64,000 nucleotides of DNA, from NCBI GenBank assembly GCA_023459915.1, contig JAEWSN010000170.1:5508-69507 (forward strand), read 5' to 3'. This document shows positions 60,048 through 64,000 of this stretch, piece by piece. How positions within the stretch are numbered: position 1 is the first letter of the stretch; every line of letters begins with the position of its first letter. This stretch comes from Bacillota bacterium. GTDB taxonomy: Bacteria > Bacillota > Clostridia > DSM-8532. Under the pieces are notes generated by a model. The model saw only the letters and a list, made by a program, of their open reading frames with translations. It made no database searches and was not told where the DNA came from. The translations under genes were made by a program, and so were the position numbers.

Positions 60048-60958
60048 ATGGGCGGAGAGCTGATTGGATATGCGCTTATCGTCGGGGCGGTCATTGTCGC
60101 CCTGTCCCTGTTTTTCAGTTTTGTCCCGGTTGGGCTGTGGATATCGGCCGCGGCGGCGGCTGTCAAGGTCGGGTTGTTCAATCTCGTCGGCATGCGGCTG
60201 CGCCGCGTTGTGCCCACGCGGGTGGTCAATCCGCTGATCAAGGCCGTCAAGGCCGGATTGGATGTGAACATCAACCAGCTGGAGGCCCACTTTCTTGCCG
60301 GCGGCAATGTGGACAAGGTGGTCAACGCGCTCATTGCCGCGCAGCGCGCAAACATCCCGCTTGTGTTCGAGCGGGCGGCCGCCATCGATCTCGCCGGCCG
60401 GGATGTGCTCGAAGCCGTGCAGATGAGCGTCAATCCCAAGGTCATTGAAACCCCGCTTGTGCCGGCGAGCAGACCATCATCGCCCGTGTCGGGGAGGGTA
60501 TTGTCACCACCATCGGTTCGGCCCAGACGCACAAGGATGTGCTGGAGAATCCGGATCGCATCTCCAAGACCGTGCTCGACAAGGGTCTGGATGCCGGCAC
60601 GGCATTTGAAATCCTCTCCATCGACATCGCGGATGTGGATGTGGGCAGGAACATCGGGGCCCAGCTGCAGACGGATCAGGCGGAAGCGGACAAGCGGATT
60701 GCCCAGGCCAAGGCGGAGGAACGCCGCGCCATGGCGGTTGCCCGGGAACAGGAAATGAAGGCGGCCGTCGTGGAAATGCGCGCCAAGGTGGTCGAAGCCG
60801 AGGCGGAGGTGCCGCGGGCCATGGCTCAGGCTTTCCGTGAGGGACACTTGGGTGTCATGGACTACTACAACATGCAGAACGTGATTTCGGACACACAGAT
60901 GCGCAGCACCATTGCGGGAACCGGAAAGCCGGAAACCGCGTCGCCGGAAGGCAAGTGA
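60048..60958 (+). pseudogene. floA: flotillin-like FloA (YqfA/UPF0365) interrupted by an internal deletion and frameshift
   Basis: Frame 0 (60048-60460) gives [12 protein letters not shown]...[16 protein letters not shown], then becomes nonsense. Frame +2 from 60461 gives [62 protein letters not shown]...MDYYNMQNV to the stop at 60958. As I recall Bacillus FloA, about 28 aa ([22 protein letters not shown].RLVGG) are missing at the junction. Confidence 0.7.
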
Positions 60959-61011
60959 GGAAGCGCCGGAAGGCCGGTAAAACCAGGCCGAATTGAAGGG
61001 AGACATTGTGT

Positions 61012-61233
61012 ATGTCTGAACCCGTTGTGCCAGCAAATACGCCCCAGAGTGTGACCCCGCCCCGTGCCCCACGGCCGAATCGCGCCCCGGCAAGGGCGAA
61101 AAAGGCGGAGCCCGCCGGACGCTCCCTGTCGGAACGGTTGCTGGATTTGTCCAGGGACCGCATGGTGGACGGCATCATTCTGTCGGAGGTGTTGGGAAAA
61201 CCGGTCTCGATGCGTCGCAGAACGCGCCGGTAA
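61012..61233 (+). CDS. hypothetical 73-aa basic protein
   Basis: ATG at 61012 lies 9 nt after GAAGGGAG. The N-terminus is Pro/Arg-rich and the C-terminus reads ...DGIILSEVLGKPVSMRRRTRR. I recognise no family. Confidence 0.35.
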   Translation: MSEPVVPANTPQSVTPPRAPRPNRAPARAKKAEPAGRSLSERLLDLSRDRMVDGIILSEVLGKPVSMRRRTRR

Positions 61234-61252
61234 GGTGTCATGCCTTTTGTTT

Positions 61253-61336
61253 CGTGGCATAGTTTGTGTCACAGCTTGTGTCACAGCTTGTTGCACAGTT
61301 TGTGGCATGGTTTGTGGCATGGCTTGTGGCATGGCG
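61253..61336. repeat. 12-nt x7 tandem repeat
   Basis: CGTGGCATAGTT / TGTGTCACAGCT / TGTGTCACAGCT / TGTTGCACAGTT / TGTGGCATGGTT / TGTGGCATGGCT / TGTGGCATGGCG. The array begins 20 nt after the stop at 61233. Confidence 0.9.
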
Positions 61337-61491
61337 CTTGGGCGCATGATAGGGTTCTGTTTTGACAAATGGACAGGTTGATCTGTGAGGAGGCTTCTTC
61401 CGCTGCGAGTTGTGGCGGGGGGAGCCTTTTCGTTTATGAACGGCCCGTATGGGCTGGGACATGATTCCTTCCCGGGAGACAGGCGCAACTG

Positions 61492-61500
61492 TGCTATAAT
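61492..61500 (+). promoter_or_regulatory. candidate extended -10 promoter (TGcTATAAT) upstream of the HD-domain gene
   Basis: TGCTATAAT at 61492-61500, about 70 nt before the ATG at 61570. There is no good -35. Confidence 0.4.
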
Positions 61501-61569
61501 GAGGGTGGTTTTGGGATGGCTTCGGCTCCAGAAGCGGGGTTTCGGGTCGCGGCCGGGAAGGGGTAAACC

Positions 61570-62121
61570 ATGGAACGACAGGTTGCCTGGGAAGAACTGA
61601 CCCTTCGGGTTCAATCACCCAATCTGTTGCGGTTCAGCCTTGCGGTGGAGGCCATCATGCGCGCGCTGGCCCTGAAGCAGAACGAGGAACCCGACCAATG
61701 GGGCCTGGCCGGCCTGCTCCACGCCATTGATGTGGAGCGCACGCGCGACGAACCCGCGCTCCGGGGCGTGCTTGCAACAGAAATTCTGGAGAATCTCGAA
61801 GCGGATCCCACCATCATCCACGCCGTGGCGTCCAGCCATGACGAGACACGCAGGCCAAGGCGCCGGGCCATCGACAAGGCGCTGCCCATCGCGCGGGTGG
61901 CGGCGGATCTGCTGCTGGGCGCCGCGCTCGATCACCCTGAAAAATGCCTGGGGGTTCTCTCCGTGGAGGGACTGCTCAAGCGCCATGAGGCATTGCGGGC
62001 CGAGGGCGACAAGAAGCGCCGCGTCATGGAGACCGCGGATGCCCTGGGGTTGTCCGTGCCGCAGATCTATGAGCTGTCACTCGGGGCCATGATGGCCATT
62101 GAGGATGAACTGGGGCTGTAA
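61570..62121 (+). CDS. HD-domain-like protein with degenerate metal-binding residues
   Basis: ...LLRFSLAVEAIMRALALKQNEEPDQWGLAGLLHAIDVERT... aligns to the small HD phosphohydrolase family (typically KHSLAVE...GLLHDIDYE). Here His is replaced by Phe and the HD motif reads HA. Confidence 0.65.
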   Translation: MERQVAWEELTLRVQSPNLLRFSLAVEAIMRALALKQNEEPDQWGLAGLLHAIDVERTRDEPALRGVLATEILENLEADPTIIHAVASSHDETRRPRRRAIDKALPIARVAADLLLGAALDHPEKCLGVLSVEGLLKRHEALRAEGDKKRRVMETADALGLSVPQIYELSLGAMMAIEDELGL

Positions 62122-62173
62122 CGCGCTTATGGCCCGGTGTTTTCATCATGGCGCGACCTGGAAGGAGTACCGG

Positions 62174-64000
62174 ATGAGCAACAAGGCTGATCTGTCAGAC
62201 AAACCGCAGGGACGGTTTTCCGCCAACCCGCGTGGGTTTGGGTTCATTGTGCCGCAGACGGGCGGTGAGGATTTATATGTGTCCCCGGAAGACACCCTGG
62301 GGGCCATGAACGGGGATACCGTCCATTACAAGCCCATCCGGAGCTCCGGCGGCGGGCGGAGCCGGTCTTTTTCCGATGACCGGGAACGCCGGGAGGCCGT
62401 GGTCATCGGCATCGCCGAACGCGCGCACCAGCGGGTGGTCGGCACCTTCACGGCCCTGAAAAAGGGCGGGTTCGTGACGCCGGACGACCGCAAGCTGCCG
62501 GAGGATGTCCGCATCCCCGAGGGATTCACCATGAACGCGCTCGATGGCCAGAAGGTGGTGGTGTCCCTCACCCGCTGGCCGGACGGCACGCGCGCCGCGG
62601 AGGGGGAAGTGCTGGTGGTGCTTGGTTCGCAGACGGATCCGGACGTGCATGTGCTCTCCGTGCTGTGGCAGAACGAAATCCCCATCGACTTTTCCGAGGC
62701 GGCGCTGGTGCAGGCGGCAAAGCTGCCGGAAGTGCCAAATCCGGAAGACTTCGGGGGCCGTCGGGATCTGCGGAATCTCCTGATGGTCACCATCGACGGC
62801 GAGGACGCGCGCGATCTCGATGACGCGGTGTCCCTGGAACGGCTGGCGGACGGCACGCTGCGGCTGGGCGTCCATATCGCGGATGTCACGCATTATGTGC
62901 GGGAGGGCACCCCGCTGGATCAGGACGCGTTCGAACGCGGCACCAGTGTCTATCTGCCGGATCGTGTCATCCCCATGCTGCCGGAGGCGCTTTCCAACGG
63001 CCTTTGCAGCCTCACGGCGCGGGTGCCGCGGCTGGCGTTCACCGTCACGATGGATGTGAACCCGGCCGGCGAGGTGGTGGGTCACGATCTGTTTGAAAGC
63101 GTGCTGCTCATTGACGAGCGGATGACGTACACAGCGGTTCGGGCATTGCTCGAGGACAACGGCGGGACGCGCGGGGACAACGACGGGACGCGCGGGGACA
63201 ACGACGGGACGCGCGAGGACAACGATGGGACGCGCGAGGACAATGATGGGCCGCTTCAGGCGCGGTACGCCAATGTGCTGCCCATGCTGCGCGATTTGGC
63301 GGAGCTGGCAGCGCGCCGGCGCGCCCTGCGCAAAAAACGCGGATCCATAGATTTTGCGTTCGACGAGGCGAAGATCGTCACCGACGGGGACGGCCATCCC
63401 GTGGACATTGTGCGGGTGGTTCCCAATGTGGCCACCAACCTCATCGAGGAATGCATGCTGCTGTGCAACGAAACGGTGTCCGAGCATTTCACGAAGCTGG
63501 GCATCCCGTTTGTCTACCGGGTGCATGAGGACCCGGACCCGGAGAAGATACAGACGCTTCGGGCGCTGCTGGCGCAGTTCGGCTACCGGCTGCCGCATCC
63601 CGAGGAGGTGCACCCGCAGGATCTGCAGGGCATTCTGGAGCAAATCAAGGGCAAGCCCGAGGAGAAGACCGTGGGCATGATGATGCTGCGGTCCCTGCAA
63701 AAGGCGCGGTACAGCCAGGAGCACATTTGGCATTTTGGACTGGCGGCGCCGTATTACTCGCATTTCACCTCGCCCATCCGGCGGTATCCGGATTTGCAGA
63801 TTCACCGCATCATGAAGGACACCCTGCACGGTGTCATGGACGACAAGCGGCGCGCGCACTACCGAGCGCTGCTGCCGGAGGCCGCCAAGCACTGCTCGGA
63901 GCGCGAACGCGCGGCCGACGAGGCGGAACGCACCTGCACCGACCGGATGAAGGCCGAATACATGCAGGCCCATCTGGGCGAGACCTTTGATGGCATTGTG
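62174..64000 (+). CDS. rnr: ribonuclease R (3' end beyond the window)
   Basis: ATG at 62174 follows GGAAGGAG. The frame is open to the window end. Cold-shock-like N-terminus (GRFSANPRGFGFIVP) and RNB motifs (TIDGEDARDLDDAVS, HIADVTHYV, SVYLPDRVIPMLP, FTSPIRRYPDLQIHR). The ORF track does not list it because it has no stop in the window. Confidence 0.9.
   Translation, partial: MSNKADLSDKPQGRFSANPRGFGFIVPQTGGEDLYVSPEDTLGAMNGDTVHYKPIRSSGGGRSRSFSDDRERREAVVIGIAERAHQRVVGTFTALKKGGFVTPDDRKLPEDVRIPEGFTMNALDGQKVVVSLTRWPDGTRAAEGEVLVVLGSQTDPDVHVLSVLWQNEIPIDFSEAALVQAAKLPEVPNPEDFGGRRDLRNLLMVTIDGEDARDLDDAVSLERLADGTLRLGVHIADVTHYVREGTPLDQDAFERGTSVYLPDRVIPMLPEALSNGLCSLTARVPRLAFTVTMDVNPAGEVVGHDLFESVLLIDERMTYTAVRALLEDNGGTRGDNDGTRGDNDGTREDNDGTREDNDGPLQARYANVLPMLRDLAELAARRRALRKKRGSIDFAFDEAKIVTDGDGHPVDIVRVVPNVATNLIEECMLLCNETVSEHFTKLGIPFVYRVHEDPDPEKIQTLRALLAQFGYRLPHPEEVHPQDLQGILEQIKGKPEEKTVGMMMLRSLQKARYSQEHIWHFGLAAPYYSHFTSPIRRYPDLQIHRIMKDTLHGVMDDKRRAHYRALLPEAAKHCSERERAADEAERTCTDRMKAEYMQAHLGETFDGIV
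63155..63250 (+). repeat. in-frame 21-nt x4.5 tandem repeat inside rnr
   Basis: The units GACAACGGCGGGACGCGCGGG / GACAACGACGGGACGCGCGGG / GACAACGACGGGACGCGCGAG / GACAACGATGGGACGCGCGAG / GACAATGATGGG... encode DNGGTRG DNDGTRG DNDGTRE DNDGTRE DNDG. Confidence 0.9.

Noticed and set aside
61064-61381. 105-aa ORF encoding a Cys-rich repeat peptide across the 12-nt array (and the 249-aa minus ORF 60865-61614)
   Set aside because: Neither has an RBS or a convincing start. Both are created by the repeat periodicity being a multiple of 3, and they overlap the better-supported 61012-61233 ORF.
62273-63973. 566-aa minus-strand ORF
   Set aside because: It is antisense to rnr. The + frame carries all RNB motifs but is absent from the track only because it has no stop within the window.

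Overview
GC-rich, Clostridia-like (Firmicutes) chromosomal segment. Almost all genes are on the + strand. Most of it is housekeeping in familiar Firmicutes synteny: era-recO; an ADP-forming acyl-CoA synthetase; a Phe T-box leader followed by aroF-pheA; oadB/oadG-like genes on the minus strand; exonuclease-dNTPase-dnaG-rpoD; hup; glpK; a SpoIID-like gene; lspA-rluD; yccF; nadD-yqeK; mgtC; lepB; potABCD; a PLP decarboxylase followed by tmk, a yaaR-like gene, holB and ricT; a ferredoxin; a four-subunit 2-oxoacid:ferredoxin oxidoreductase; queT; nfeD-floA; rnr. The standout is a roughly 18-kb translationally coupled operon at about 14.8-32.8 kb. It joins a Tad-type motor (degenerate TadZ-like protein, CpaF/TadA, fused TadB-TadC, three TadE/TadG-like proteins including an 1138-aa giant, and an FHA membrane protein) to a PilC platform, four small anchored (pseudo)pilins and a PilT ATPase, followed by two RimK-type ATP-grasp ligases. 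No Flp pilin, PilB-type ATPase or prepilin peptidase is visible in the window. This is my best candidate for an undescribed system. Other notable signals: a REPIN-like palindrome pair (GGGGTCWGACCCC, 11 nt, GGGGTCTGACCCC) at three loci, one of them inside a CDS; many short tandem-repeat arrays placed just after stop codons or between genes; an AT-rich islet carrying a DUF4160/DUF2442 pair inserted in the tmk-holB block; a floA gene broken by an internal deletion and frameshift; in-frame VNTRs in rpoD and rnr. I saw no rRNA, tRNA, CRISPR array, transposase or integrase. Family assignments come from motif recognition by eye, with no searches run. Start codons were chosen from RBS context.
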